From the NCBI GenBank assembly GCA_963785725.1, contig CAWAWS010000002.1, forward strand, positions 192,001 through 256,000: 64,000 nt of DNA, given 5' to 3'. This document shows, piece by piece, positions 21,563-32,223 of the stretch (position 1 is the stretch's first letter; each line of letters starts with the position of its first letter). Source of the DNA: an uncultured delta proteobacterium (GTDB taxonomy: Bacteria; Myxococcota_A; Polyangia; Palsa-1104). The notes below the pieces were generated by a model. It searched no databases. It saw only the letters and a list, made by a program, of their open reading frames with translations, and was not told where the DNA came from. The translations under genes were made by a program, and so were the position numbers.

Positions 21563-24500
21563 CTAATCGTCCTCGTCTGCCCCGCTCGCCCCGACGCCGC
21601 GCGCCGCGTCCGCCGCCTCGTCCTCGTCCTCCGACGGCTTGACGTCGAACCGCCGATGCGCCAGCACCAACAGCGCCGGCTGCAGCAGTCGCGGCAGAAT
21701 CGCCAGCAGCATCGAGCCGCCGATGACGACGATCGCCAGCGGCTTCTGCGTCTCCGACCCGATGCCATGCGACAGCGCCGCCGGCGTCAGACCCAACATC
21801 GCCACCAGCGTCGTCATGAGCACCGGCCGCAAACGCCGCTCGGCCGCCAACTTCGCCGCCTCTTCGATGCCGAGCTTATCGAGCTCGCGCAACCGCTGAT
21901 AATAGGTGACGACGATCAACGAATCCTGAATGGCGATGCCGAAGATGCTGATGAAGCCCATCGCCGCCGAGATCGAGAAGTTGACGCCGGTGATGCCGAG
22001 CGCGAGCACGCCGCCGGCGCAGGCGACCGGAATCGACAAGACGACGATCGCCGTGTCGATCCACGTTTTGACGGCGCTGAAGACCAAGAAGACGATCAAG
22101 AGCAGCGTCAGCGGAATGATGATGACGAGCCGCCCCATCGACTCCTTGAGCTCGTTGATCTCGCCGCCCCACTCCAAGTGCGTGTCGTAGGGCAGCTTCA
22201 CCTTCTCGGCGATCTTCTGCTGCGCTTCGCCGATCGTCGACTTCAGATCGCGGCCGCGCACCGAGAACTTGACCGGCGCGTAGCGCATGCCGTCTTCGCG
22301 ATAGATGACCGACGGCCCGTCCTCCTCGGAGATGTCGGCGATCTGGCCGAGCGGAATCTGCGAGCCGTCGGGCGACGCCACCGTGATCTGCCGAATCGCC
22401 GACACCGTCGAGCGGTTGGCCTCGTTCCAGCGCACGGTCAAGTCGAAGAACTTCTCGCCTTCGTAGACCGACGTCACCGTCTGCCCGCCGATCGCCGCCA
22501 GCACGACCGCTTCGACGTCGCCGGTGTTGAGCCCATAACGCGCGCACCGCAACCGATCGGGCACGATCTTCAAGCTCGGCTGCCCGAGCGAGCTGAAGAG
22601 GCCGAGGTCCTTGATGCCTTTGACCGTGCTCATCACGTCGACGATGCCGTTGGCCTTGTTCTCGTTGATGCGCAAGTCGGGGCCGATGATCTTGACCGAG
22701 TTCTCGCCTTTGACGCCCGAGAGCGCCTCCTCGACGTTGTCCGAGATCATCTGCGAGAAGCCGAAGACGATGCCCGGGAACTCCTTTTGGAACTCGGCGC
22801 TCAGCTCCTCGGTCAGCTTCTCTTTGGTCTGACCGCGCGGCCACTCGTCGAACGGCGCCAGCGGCGCGAAGAGCTCGATGTTGAAGAAGCCGGAGACGTC
22901 GGTGCCGTCGTCGGGGCGACCGAGCTGCGAGACGACGGTGACGATCTCTTTGTGCGAGCGCAAAATCGCGCGCATCCTCCCGACGTATTTCGACGACTGC
23001 TCGAGCGAGATCGACTGCGGCAACGTCGCGCGAATCCAGAAGTTACCCTCTTCCAGCTTGGGCATGAACTCGCCGCCCAAGAACGGGAAGATGCAGATGA
23101 CGATGAGCACCGGAAAGAGCGCCAACGTCGCCGCGCGTTTGGGCGCGCGGCCCGCGAAGTTGAACAGCGGCTGATACATCCGCTGCAACGCGTGCATGAC
23201 GAAGCTCTCTTTTTCCTCGAGATCGGGCGGCATGAACCGCTTCGACAAGGTCGGCGTCAAGGTCAGCGCCAAGAGAATCGCGCCGCCGATCGCGAAGGCG
23301 TAGGTGTGCGCCATCGGCGAGAAGATGACGCCCGAGACGCCGGTCATCGTGAACAGCGGCAAGAAGGCGACGCCGATGATGAGCGTCGAGAACGACATCG
23401 GCCCGCCGACCTCCGCCGCCGCCGACTCGATTCGCTGCCGCATCGAGCCGTGCCCGTGCGGTCCCAAGTGGCGGAAGATGTTCTCCATCATGATGACGGT
23501 GGAGTCGATGACGATGCCGAAGTCGACGGCGCCGAGCGAGATCAGGTTCGCCGGCGTGCCCGTGGTGACCATGCCGATGAACGCGATGAGCAGCGCCAAG
23601 GGAATGTTGATCGCCGTAATCAGCGCCGCTTTGGTGTGCCCCAAGAAGATGAAGAGCACGACCGTGACGAGCACCATGCCGACGAGCAAGTTCTCGAGCA
23701 CCGTGTGCGTCGTGACCTTCACGAGGTGGCCGCGATCGTAATAGGGCTCGATGTCCATTCCCGGCGGCAGCAAATGGAACTTGCGGATGTAATTGATGCG
23801 CTCGTAGATGCCCTCGAGCGTGTGCGGCGTCTCGCCGCCGTAGCGCATGAGGATGATGCCCTGGACGATGTCGGGATCGTCCTGGTCGACGCACTGGTGG
23901 CCGTCGTTGAGCGCGTGGGCTTCGTCGCAGGTGCGGAAGTCCTTGAACGCGTCCCACGAGCAGTAGCGCGGCATCTTCTCGGGCGACATGCAGCCCCATT
24001 TGCCGACGAGGCCGAGGCGTGGCGTGTAGCCGATGACGGTCTCGGCCACGTCGCGCACGCGGATCGGCACTTGCGCGCCCGACTTGTCCTTGGTCTCGGC
24101 GATGACGACGTTGCCGATGTCGCGCAGCGACTTGATGATGCCGACCGCGCGCACGGTGTACGACTGCTCGCCGATCGACAGGCGCTGCCCGCCGACGTTG
24201 GAGTTGGAGTTGGCGATGGCGGCGATGAGCTGCTGCAGCGTCAACCCTTGTCCGCGTAAGCGATAGGGATCGACCTCGACGTGATACTGCTTGGTCTGCC
24301 CGCCGTAGCTGGTGACGTCGATGACGCCCGGCACCTGCTTGAACTGCCGCTCGAGCACCCAATCTTCGGCGGTCTTGAGATCGCGCAGGTTGTATTTGTG
24401 CTCGGGCGTCGTGTCGACGAGCTTGTAGCGGAAGACCTCGCCGATGGCGTTCGTCGGTGACAACGTCGCCTGCACGCCGCCTTGCAGCGTCACGAACTGC

Positions 24501-24841
24501 AGACGATTGATGACCTCTTGGCGCGCGTCTTTATAGGCCGTGCCCCACTTGAAGTAGCACTTGACGTCCGACAGGCCGAACAGCGACTGCGAGCGAATAT
24601 GATCGAGCCCCGGCATACCCGACAGGCCGATCTCGATCGGAATCGTCACGTAGCGCTCGACCTCCTCGGCGCTCGAGCCGGGCGGCTGCGTGATGACCTC
24701 GACCATCGGCGGCACCGGATTCGGATAGGCCTCGATGTCGAGCTGCGCGTAACAATAAAGCCCGCCGATCACGATGACGAGCGCGATGGCGAACACGACC
24801 AGCGGCATGCGTAACGCCGCGGCGACCAGTTTCTGGATCAA
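21563..24841 (-). CDS. czcA: CusA/CzcA family heavy-metal efflux RND transporter
   Basis: DIEAYP, SQSLFGLS, ANLISLGAVDFGIVIDS, RLRPVLMT, GSETQKPLA; 1092 aa. Confidence 0.9.
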   Translation of the reverse strand: MIQKLVAAALRMPLVVFAIALVIVIGGLYCYAQLDIEAYPNPVPPMVEVITQPPGSSAEEVERYVTIPIEIGLSGMPGLDHIRSQSLFGLSDVKCYFKWGTAYKDARQEVINRLQFVTLQGGVQATLSPTNAIGEVFRYKLVDTTPEHKYNLRDLKTAEDWVLERQFKQVPGVIDVTSYGGQTKQYHVEVDPYRLRGQGLTLQQLIAAIANSNSNVGGQRLSIGEQSYTVRAVGIIKSLRDIGNVVIAETKDKSGAQVPIRVRDVAETVIGYTPRLGLVGKWGCMSPEKMPRYCSWDAFKDFRTCDEAHALNDGHQCVDQDDPDIVQGIILMRYGGETPHTLEGIYERINYIRKFHLLPPGMDIEPYYDRGHLVKVTTHTVLENLLVGMVLVTVVLFIFLGHTKAALITAINIPLALLIAFIGMVTTGTPANLISLGAVDFGIVIDSTVIMMENIFRHLGPHGHGSMRQRIESAAAEVGGPMSFSTLIIGVAFLPLFTMTGVSGVIFSPMAHTYAFAIGGAILLALTLTPTLSKRFMPPDLEEKESFVMHALQRMYQPLFNFAGRAPKRAATLALFPVLIVICIFPFLGGEFMPKLEEGNFWIRATLPQSISLEQSSKYVGRMRAILRSHKEIVTVVSQLGRPDDGTDVSGFFNIELFAPLAPFDEWPRGQTKEKLTEELSAEFQKEFPGIVFGFSQMISDNVEEALSGVKGENSVKIIGPDLRINENKANGIVDVMSTVKGIKDLGLFSSLGQPSLKIVPDRLRCARYGLNTGDVEAVVLAAIGGQTVTSVYEGEKFFDLTVRWNEANRSTVSAIRQITVASPDGSQIPLGQIADISEEDGPSVIYREDGMRYAPVKFSVRGRDLKSTIGEAQQKIAEKVKLPYDTHLEWGGEINELKESMGRLVIIIPLTLLLIVFLVFSAVKTWIDTAIVVLSIPVACAGGVLALGITGVNFSISAAMGFISIFGIAIQDSLIVVTYYQRLRELDKLGIEEAAKLAAERRLRPVLMTTLVAMLGLTPAALSHGIGSETQKPLAIVVIGGSMLLAILPRLLQPALLVLAHRRFDVKPSEDEDEAADAARGVGASGADEDD

Positions 24842-24854
24842 TGATCGCCTCCGG

Positions 24855-26000
24855 TTAGATCATGTTGAGGAGCTCGATCGCTCCCGAAGAGACCACGTGC
24901 TCGCCGCGATCGAGGCCGCTCTTGATGCCGACCCATTCGCCTTCGTCATCCTCGTCGATGGCGACGTCTTTGCGGATGAAGATGAGCTGCCCGTTCGGGC
25001 CGTGCATCGGCTGGCCCTTGTCGTCGCGCTTCTCGGCGAAGACGCACAGCTGATCGCCGACGCGCAAGACGGCCGAGCGCGGCACGGCGAGCGCCGAATG
25101 GCCCGCCGTGTAAATCGAGATCGTCGCGTACATCTCGGGCTTGAGCACGCGATCGGGGTTCAAGATCGTGCAGCGAACCTTGGCGGTGCGCGATGCGCCG
25201 TCGAGCGTGCCCGATACGTAGTCGACCTTGCCGTGGAACACTTTGTTGGGATAGGCGACGACGCGAACCGTGACATCCTGGCCGATTTGCACCTTCGCCA
25301 GATCCATCTCGTAGACGTCGGCCATCGCCCACACATCGTCGAGCTCACCGATCGTATACAGCTCGACCGGCGTGTTGCCCGAGTACGCACCCTGCACTTC
25401 GACGCCCGGATTGGCCGCGCGATAGACGACTTCGCCTTCGATGGGCGCCGTCAGCGTGTACTCCTGCGTCACCGTGTCGACGTTGCCGCCGCGCAACAGG
25501 CGCGCCTTCTTCTGCGCGCGCTCGAGCTCGGCCTTGGCCTTGAGCGCGTTGTCCTGCGCCGTCTCCATGTCGAGCTCGGAGCCGGCGTGCGCCTCGAACA
25601 GCTCCTTCTTGCGCTTGTAATCGTGATCGGCCGCGGTCGCGTCGGCTTGCGCCTTGGCCAGATCGGCGAACGCGCCGCCGACGTCGGGCGACAGGATGAC
25701 CGCCAACGGCGCGCCCTTCTTCACGCGCTGCCCGGGGTTGGCCAAGATCTTCGTCAGCCGTCCCGTCACCGGCGAGAACACGTGGGTGACGTGCGCGTCG
25801 TTGAACGCGATCTTGCCGCTCGCCGGAATGATGCCGCCGACCGGCCGATCGTCGATCGTCTCGATCTTGAGCTTGCGCGTCACCTGCTCTTGCGTCAGCC
25901 ACGCCTCGCCCGGTGGCGTCGTCGGCGTGACCGCGCCCTCCGAGTGCGACGAGCAGGCGCCGGCGAACAGCGCGCACAAAACCACGTTTTGCATCTTCAT
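24855..26000 (-). CDS. RND periplasmic adaptor (membrane fusion lipoprotein), CzcB-like
   Basis: Lipobox FAGAC, HVFSPVTGR, LTAPIEG, ADVYEMDL, LKPEMYA. Confidence 0.88.
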   Translation of the reverse strand: MKMQNVVLCALFAGACSSHSEGAVTPTTPPGEAWLTQEQVTRKLKIETIDDRPVGGIIPASGKIAFNDAHVTHVFSPVTGRLTKILANPGQRVKKGAPLAVILSPDVGGAFADLAKAQADATAADHDYKRKKELFEAHAGSELDMETAQDNALKAKAELERAQKKARLLRGGNVDTVTQEYTLTAPIEGEVVYRAANPGVEVQGAYSGNTPVELYTIGELDDVWAMADVYEMDLAKVQIGQDVTVRVVAYPNKVFHGKVDYVSGTLDGASRTAKVRCTILNPDRVLKPEMYATISIYTAGHSALAVPRSAVLRVGDQLCVFAEKRDDKGQPMHGPNGQLIFIRKDVAIDEDDEGEWVGIKSGLDRGEHVVSSGAIELLNMI

Positions 26001-27340
26001 CGAAGGTCCGTCCCCACTGCCTGCTCCAGCTGGAACACGGCGGTCCAATAATTTGCGAGATCCTGCAGATACTCGAGGTTGGTGGCGATGTACTGGCGCT
26101 GCGCGTCGAGCAGCTCGAGCAGCGACGCCGAGCCCTTTTGGTACTGAATGCCGACGAGATCGCGCGCCCGCGTCGCCCGCTCGAGCAGCCGCGTCTGCAT
26201 GCGATCGAGCAGCCGCCGCGTGCCGGCGAAGTTGTTGTAGGCGCCCTCGATGTCGCTCACGATCTGCGCTTCCTGCTTGGCCAGCTGCAGCTTTTGCGTG
26301 CGCGCGTCGGCTTCGGCTTTGCGAATCTCGCCGCCTTGGAAATAGAAGATCGGCAACGTGCCGCCGATCCCGAAGCTCAAGGTCGGCGGCTGCGCGGCGG
26401 CCGAATCCGTGCCCGTCTGCTGCGAATAGCCGACGTTGATGTTGAGATCGGGAAAGAGGAGCCGCTTGGCCAACGACAGCGACGCCTGCGCGCGGTCGCG
26501 CTGCGCCTGCTGCGCGCGCAAGTCGGGGCGCGTCTTGATGGCCTCGTCGTACAAGGACGCCGTCGTCGCCACCGCCAGCCGCGGCGGCACGACGAACTTC
26601 GGCAGATCGGGCTCGACCTTGAAATCGGGGACCGAGCCGCGCACGCCGAGCAAGAACGCCAGGCCGACTTTGGCGCCGCGCAGCTGCTGCGCCGCCGAGT
26701 CGACCGCCTGATCGGCCTCCAGCTTCGCCGTCTCGATCTTGGCCTCGTCGGCTTCCGAGATCGCGCCCTTCTCGTAGCGCAGCTTGGTCAGCTCGAACGT
26801 CTGCGTCGACGTCTTCTGCACTTCGAGCGCGAAGTCGAGCGAATCGCGCGCCTGCACGGCTTGGATGTACTGCTGCTTGACCTGGAACTCGAGCGTGCGC
26901 TGCGTGTCGGCGCGGTTGAGCTTGATGGCCGTCAATGCCGCGCGCGCCACGCGCAACCGGAGGCCGCGCTTGCCCGACAGCGTGTCCTCGAGCGCGTTGG
27001 AGTCGCTCAACGTCGCCGTCGCGCCCCACGGGCTGCAGTTCGTCGGCTTCACGCCCATGTTGGCGGAACAGATGCCTTGATTGCCGGCGCCGTAGGCGAA
27101 CGAGTAGTTGCCGTCGAGCGAGAAGCTCGGGTTCGGAATCGCCCCGGCGACTTTGACGTCACCTTCCGCGCCGTAGACTGCGGCATCCGCGATCAAGAGG
27201 TCGTAGCCGCGCTGCCGGAAGATCTTCAAAGCATCTTCGAGCGTGAGCATGTCCGGGAGCGCGACGGGTGGAGGCGGCTCGACATCGCCAAAGGCAGTCG
27301 AAGCAACCAGCAAAGTGAGGACAGCAAGCACAGGGCGCAT
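25997..27340 (-). CDS. TolC family outer-membrane efflux protein, CzcC-like
   Basis: Signal peptide, RYEKGAIS, YQKGSASLLELLDAQR; first gene of the RND operon. Confidence 0.88.
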   Translation of the reverse strand: MRPVLAVLTLLVASTAFGDVEPPPPVALPDMLTLEDALKIFRQRGYDLLIADAAVYGAEGDVKVAGAIPNPSFSLDGNYSFAYGAGNQGICSANMGVKPTNCSPWGATATLSDSNALEDTLSGKRGLRLRVARAALTAIKLNRADTQRTLEFQVKQQYIQAVQARDSLDFALEVQKTSTQTFELTKLRYEKGAISEADEAKIETAKLEADQAVDSAAQQLRGAKVGLAFLLGVRGSVPDFKVEPDLPKFVVPPRLAVATTASLYDEAIKTRPDLRAQQAQRDRAQASLSLAKRLLFPDLNINVGYSQQTGTDSAAAQPPTLSFGIGGTLPIFYFQGGEIRKAEADARTQKLQLAKQEAQIVSDIEGAYNNFAGTRRLLDRMQTRLLERATRARDLVGIQYQKGSASLLELLDAQRQYIATNLEYLQDLANYWTAVFQLEQAVGTDLR

Positions 27341-27626
27341 TTTGAGGACTCGGGCCAGACGCAGCAGCGATATATTTTATTCTACTTAGTCGGGGATTTC
27401 CTACGGGTTTCTTGGTGAATGGCTTTGCAGGCAAGAGTCCCGTAAGTCGGTTGTTGGTTCCTATAATGACGCAATCGGACGCAAAAGAGTTCCCGCAAGG
27501 GGCGATCGATGCCGCGACTTCTATGCCCGCTTCGATAAGTGCGCGCACTTCGTCAGGTCGACACCCGGCGGCCAGGTCAGCTACTGGACTTGACGGAGCC
27601 GCACCCCGGAACGATGCTCTCCTACC

Positions 27627-28058
27627 ATGAAATCATTGCGCTGGATGAGAGCGAGCACGCTCGGCCTCGTGCTCCTGTGCGGGAGCTCGGCGCTGGCGAA
27701 TCAGGAGGCGGAGGACTTGAAGCGGCAGATCGAGTCGCAGCGAGCCGCCGTCTCCGATCTCGATCGGCTCGACGATCGTCACTTGGTGACCGATGACATC
27801 ACGCTGCTCAAGACGTGGCTCGACGAAGCCTGGAGCCAATATTCGAAAGAGGAATGGAAGCGCGTGCGTGAGGACGTCGATCGCTGCATCGCGCAGGCGG
27901 AGCTGATTCGCCAGCGCATCACGGCCGCGAAGATGACGGCCTACGCGAACGACAAAGAGGCGCAGGTCAAGGCCACGCGCGACAAGATCGAGCGCACCAA
28001 ACGCACCCTCCTCGACGCGCAATCGACCAAGAAGGCGCTGGAGATGAACAGCAAATGA
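27627..28058 (+). CDS. secreted coiled-coil hypothetical protein (DUF4398-like)
   Basis: Signal peptide, helical heptad pattern, ATGA-coupled to the OmpA gene. Confidence 0.6.
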   Translation: MKSLRWMRASTLGLVLLCGSSALANQEAEDLKRQIESQRAAVSDLDRLDDRHLVTDDITLLKTWLDEAWSQYSKEEWKRVREDVDRCIAQAELIRQRITAAKMTAYANDKEAQVKATRDKIERTKRTLLDAQSTKKALEMNSK

Positions 28059-29221
28059 CGCGCATGTCGCCGACCAAGAAGACGCTGAGCACGATGTGGC
28101 TGGCGCTGCCGCTGGCGATCTCCGCGTGCGCAACGCCACCCAAGCCGAACGAGCTGGAAGGCTTCGAGCACCTGAAGCAGTCGCCCAACTACGCGGCGGC
28201 GCAAAGGCGGCAGCCGGAGCTGGTGGCCGACTCCGAGCGGCTGTTCACCAAGTCGCAGGACGAGTGGCGCGACAACTCGCTCGAGGATTCGCGGCGCGAC
28301 GCGCTCATGGGCTCGATCAAGCTCAAGACGGCGCTGGCGCTCGTCGAGTACGACCAGTCGAAGGCGCGCGCCGATCGCTCGGTGGCGGACCAGCGCGTGG
28401 TCGACGACGAGTACCTGCGCGTCAACAAAGACTTGCAGGCGACGAACGAGTCGATCGCGCTCCTGCAGCGGCTGAAGGACAACTCGTCGGCGGCGCAGCA
28501 GCAGCAGGAGAAGCTGCAGCGCGAGCTGGCGGCGCAAGGCGCGTCGGCGCAGGCGCGCGACAAGATCGGCGCCGCGGAGTTGGCGATCAAAGGCGCCGAC
28601 GGCGTGAACGCGGCCGAGTACGCCAAAGTGGAATATCAGAGCGCGCAGGACACGTTGGCGCGGGCGCAGACGCTGTTCAAGGCGGGCGACTTCGCGATGG
28701 CGGCGCAGACGGCGGACGCGGCGCACGATCAGGCGACGCGCGCGCTGCAGACGGCGAAGCCGACCTATGACCAGCAGCAGTCGTCGCAGTCGTCGCAGGC
28801 GCGGAACGAGGCGCTGGTGCGCGATCTGTCGGGCATTCCCGGCGTGCAGGTGCGCGTCGATCGCCGCGGCGACGTCGAGCGCGCGGCGGTGCCGGTGCGC
28901 GGCCTGTTCCTGCGCAAGTCGACGACGATCACGCCGGGCTCGGACTCGGTGCTCGACAGCTTGGCGACGGTCATGAAGAAGTATCCGACGTACAGCCTGC
29001 TCGTCGTCGGCTACACCGACAGCCGCGGCAGCCGCCCGTCGCTGCTGGCGCTGTCGCAGGCGCGGGCGACGGCGGTTTACTCGGGGCTGATCTCGCGCGG
29101 CGTCGAGGCCAAGCGCATGGTCGTCAGCGGCAACGGCGCCGACGAGCCCGTCTCGGAGAACCGCACGACCGCCGGCCGCGCGCTCAACAACCGCGTCGAA
29201 ATCATCTTCATCTATCAATAG
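28055..29221 (+). CDS. OmpA family peptidoglycan-binding lipoprotein with DUF4398-like coiled coils
   Basis: Lipobox ISAC; C-terminal VGYTDSRG...LSQARA...GRALNNRVEI. Confidence 0.85.
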   Translation: MTRMSPTKKTLSTMWLALPLAISACATPPKPNELEGFEHLKQSPNYAAAQRRQPELVADSERLFTKSQDEWRDNSLEDSRRDALMGSIKLKTALALVEYDQSKARADRSVADQRVVDDEYLRVNKDLQATNESIALLQRLKDNSSAAQQQQEKLQRELAAQGASAQARDKIGAAELAIKGADGVNAAEYAKVEYQSAQDTLARAQTLFKAGDFAMAAQTADAAHDQATRALQTAKPTYDQQQSSQSSQARNEALVRDLSGIPGVQVRVDRRGDVERAAVPVRGLFLRKSTTITPGSDSVLDSLATVMKKYPTYSLLVVGYTDSRGSRPSLLALSQARATAVYSGLISRGVEAKRMVVSGNGADEPVSENRTTAGRALNNRVEIIFIYQ

Positions 29222-29279
29222 CCGGCAACAGCCTGGCAGTCGCAGTAGCCCCGAGCCATTGTCGCCGTAGAGGTTGCCG

Positions 29280-31127
29280 ATGAAGCGCGCGGCCTTCGCC
29301 TTATTGGTCCTGTTGGCGCTGGTTGCGGCGCTGCTCTTTCGTCGTCATGCCCAACAGCGAGCCGCGCAAGCGGCAGCCGCGGTCGCCGCGACGGTGCCGC
29401 GCGCGCCGACACGACCGCGCGCCGGCGATCGCGACGGTGACCGGCCGCGGCCGTTGCGGCTGTCGGCGGCGACCGCCACCGCCGTCGACGCGGCCGCGGC
29501 GGCGCTCGGCGGCCGCGTGCTGTCGACGGCCGACGGCAAGCCGGTGCCGCAGGCGCAGCTGACGTTCTTGCACGGCGGCGCCGCGCTGTCGGTCGAGAGC
29601 GACGCCGCCGGCAAATTCGCCATCGCGCCCGCGCCGGCCGGCGCCTACGAGCTGACGGCGGCCTTGGCCGACGGCTTCGTCGCCTTCGAGCCGCAGCTCG
29701 GCCACAGCCCGCTCGTCATCTTCGCGCGTGCCGGTGTGCGCATCGACGACGCCAACATCTACCTCACGCCGACGCTGCCGATGACGGTGCACGTGCGCGA
29801 CGGCGAGAATCATCCGCTGGCGGCCGTGGCGCTGCGGGCGATCTCGTCGAGCGGCCGCGCGGCGCCGGGCGCGAGCGTCATCAGCGACGACAAAGGCGAC
29901 GCGCGCGTCAGCGCCGAGCCCGACGGCATCATCGAGGCCACCAAGGTCGGCTACAAGCGCGCGCGGCAGCGCATCAGCTACGCCATGCAGACGACGCACA
30001 CGATGACGCTGACGCTGACCCGCGGCACGGACGCGCCGTTGGCGACGATCGCCGGCCGCGTCGTCGACGCGCGCGGCCAGCCAGTCGACGGCGCGCTCGT
30101 CGAGGGCTGGCCGTCGCGCCGCGCCGACAACGCGCCCGATCGCACGCAGACGCTGAGCGGCGCCGACGGCCGCTTCGTGCTCGCCGACTTGGAGGGCGCG
30201 CGCTTCGGCGTCCGCGCCAGCGCCCGCGGCCTCGGCAGCGCCCAAGCCAGCGACGTCGCCGCCGACACGCGCGACCTCGAGCTCACGCTGCGCGCGCCCG
30301 CGGCCGGCTTGCGCGGCGTCGTCCGCGACACGCACGACCATCCGGTCACGGCGTTCTCGATCGTCGCGTGGCCGCGCGTCGGGCTCTTCGGCCGCGGTCA
30401 CGAGGTCAGCGCCGCCGTCGTCGACGCCGAAGGGCGCTATCAGCTCGAGCTGCCGCCCGGCAGCTACGACGTGCGCGTCGCCGCCAACGGCTTCGCCACG
30501 TCGGACCAGCGCGCCGTCACCGTCGCCGACGAGACCGTCAGCGCCGACTTCCAGCTGACGCGCGGCGGGCGCATCACGGGACGCGTCACCGATCGACAGA
30601 CGGGCGCGCCCATCGCCGGCGCCAACGTCGCCATCGAAGGCGACGGCGCCGGCGCCATCGCCTTCGCCACCGACAACTCGACCGGCGCCGACGGCAGCTT
30701 CCGCGTCGACGGCGTCGGCGACGGCGCGCACTCCATCGCCGTCCAAGCCGAGGGCCACGACGGCCGCATCGTCTCCGGCCTGCGCGTCCCCGTCGACGGC
30801 GAGCTCGGCCCGCTCAGCATCGACCTGCAGGCGACGGCGCCGGGCGAAGATCCGAAGACCGAGCTCGTCGGCATCGGCGCCATCCTCAACGCCGACCCAG
30901 CGGGCATGATCGTCGTGCAGGTCATGCCCGGCGGCGGCGCGGCCGGCGCCGGCATCCTCGTCGGCGATCGCGTCACCGCCATCGACGGGCAGTCGGTCGA
31001 CCAAATGGGCTTCGGCTCGGCCATCCAGCTCATCCGCGGCCCTGAAAATAGCGTAGTCAGCCTCACCGTCGACCGCGCCGGCACCCTCGCCGTCGTTCCC
31101 GTCGTCCGCAAGCGCATCACGACCTAG
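29280..31127 (+). CDS. carboxypeptidase-regulatory-like repeat protein with C-terminal PDZ domain
   Basis: Repeated GRVxDxxGxPxxGA beta-sandwich units; GIGA...GDRVTAIDG...IRGPENS PDZ. Confidence 0.8.
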   Translation: MKRAAFALLVLLALVAALLFRRHAQQRAAQAAAAVAATVPRAPTRPRAGDRDGDRPRPLRLSAATATAVDAAAAALGGRVLSTADGKPVPQAQLTFLHGGAALSVESDAAGKFAIAPAPAGAYELTAALADGFVAFEPQLGHSPLVIFARAGVRIDDANIYLTPTLPMTVHVRDGENHPLAAVALRAISSSGRAAPGASVISDDKGDARVSAEPDGIIEATKVGYKRARQRISYAMQTTHTMTLTLTRGTDAPLATIAGRVVDARGQPVDGALVEGWPSRRADNAPDRTQTLSGADGRFVLADLEGARFGVRASARGLGSAQASDVAADTRDLELTLRAPAAGLRGVVRDTHDHPVTAFSIVAWPRVGLFGRGHEVSAAVVDAEGRYQLELPPGSYDVRVAANGFATSDQRAVTVADETVSADFQLTRGGRITGRVTDRQTGAPIAGANVAIEGDGAGAIAFATDNSTGADGSFRVDGVGDGAHSIAVQAEGHDGRIVSGLRVPVDGELGPLSIDLQATAPGEDPKTELVGIGAILNADPAGMIVVQVMPGGGAAGAGILVGDRVTAIDGQSVDQMGFGSAIQLIRGPENSVVSLTVDRAGTLAVVPVVRKRITT

Positions 31128-31213
31128 AACGGCACAGCTGTTGGCATTTTCTGCGCAGTGGCTGCCCCTGTAATCATCGTCGCTAAAGTTCGTGAGCTGG
31201 CTACCGATGTTCA

Positions 31214-32176
31214 ATGTGCATGGGAAGTGGGAGCGCAGTGGCGGTGGCGGCCGTGGAGAGACAAAGCGTACTCATCATCGACGATCGTCGAGAGATGCGC
31301 GAAGAGCTGGCGCGCATGCTCGAAGAGCTCGGCTACACGCCGTTCTGCGCGGAGTCGCCGTTCGAGGGTGTGCGGCTGGCGCAGGAGATGCGACCGAGCC
31401 TCGTGCTCTGCGACGTCGTCATGCCGACGTGGGACGGCTTCAAAGTGGCGGCGCTCATCAAGTCGCAGGCGCGCTTCGTGCCCGTCATCATGCTGACGTC
31501 GCTCAACGACATCGACTCCAAGCGGCGTGGCCAAGCGGCCGGCGCCGATGATTTTCTGACCAAGCCGGTCTCGCCCATCGAGCTCAAGATTCGCATCGAG
31601 GCGATGCTGCGCATCAAGGCGTTGACCGATCAGCTGGAGGTCGCCAATCGGCGGCTGGCCGAGATGGCCGACACCGACGCGCTCACCAAGCTGTTCAACC
31701 GCCGCTACTTCGACAATTGGTACGCCACCGAGGTCGATCGCGCGCGTCGTTACGGCCGGCCGCTCGGCGTCGTCGCCATCGACGTCGACCACTTCAAGAA
31801 GGTCAACGACGTGCACGGCCACGGCGCCGGCGACGATGTCTTGCGCGCCGTCGCCGGCTGCATGCAGACGTCGGGCGTGCGTCGCGCCGATCGCTTGGTG
31901 CGGCTCGGCGGCGAGGAGTTTGCCGTCGTCGCCGTCGAGACGGAGCTGGAGGGCCTGTTGCAAATGGCCGAGCGGCTGCGTTCGGCGGTCGAAGCCTTGC
32001 GCATTCAGACGACCGGGCAGGAGCTGCAGGTCACAATCTCGCTCGGCGTCGCCGGCTGGAGCCGCGAGACCGGCGGCGATCCGACGACGCTGCTCGTCGA
32101 CGCCGATGCCGCGCTCTACAGCGCCAAGCGCGGCGGCCGCAACCGCGTCGTCGCGCACCGCCGTCCCGCACCTTGA
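31214..32176 (+). CDS. response-regulator diguanylate cyclase (REC-GGDEF)
   Basis: REC (IIDD, LCDVVMP, LTKP); DALT, DVDHFKKVND, RRAD I-site five residues before GGEEF. Confidence 0.92.
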   Translation: MCMGSGSAVAVAAVERQSVLIIDDRREMREELARMLEELGYTPFCAESPFEGVRLAQEMRPSLVLCDVVMPTWDGFKVAALIKSQARFVPVIMLTSLNDIDSKRRGQAAGADDFLTKPVSPIELKIRIEAMLRIKALTDQLEVANRRLAEMADTDALTKLFNRRYFDNWYATEVDRARRYGRPLGVVAIDVDHFKKVNDVHGHGAGDDVLRAVAGCMQTSGVRRADRLVRLGGEEFAVVAVETELEGLLQMAERLRSAVEALRIQTTGQELQVTISLGVAGWSRETGGDPTTLLVDADAALYSAKRGGRNRVVAHRRPAP

Positions 32177-32223
32177 GTCAACAGCCGTTTACATTACTCG
32201 ACGGCAGCTAAGTAAACAGCCGT

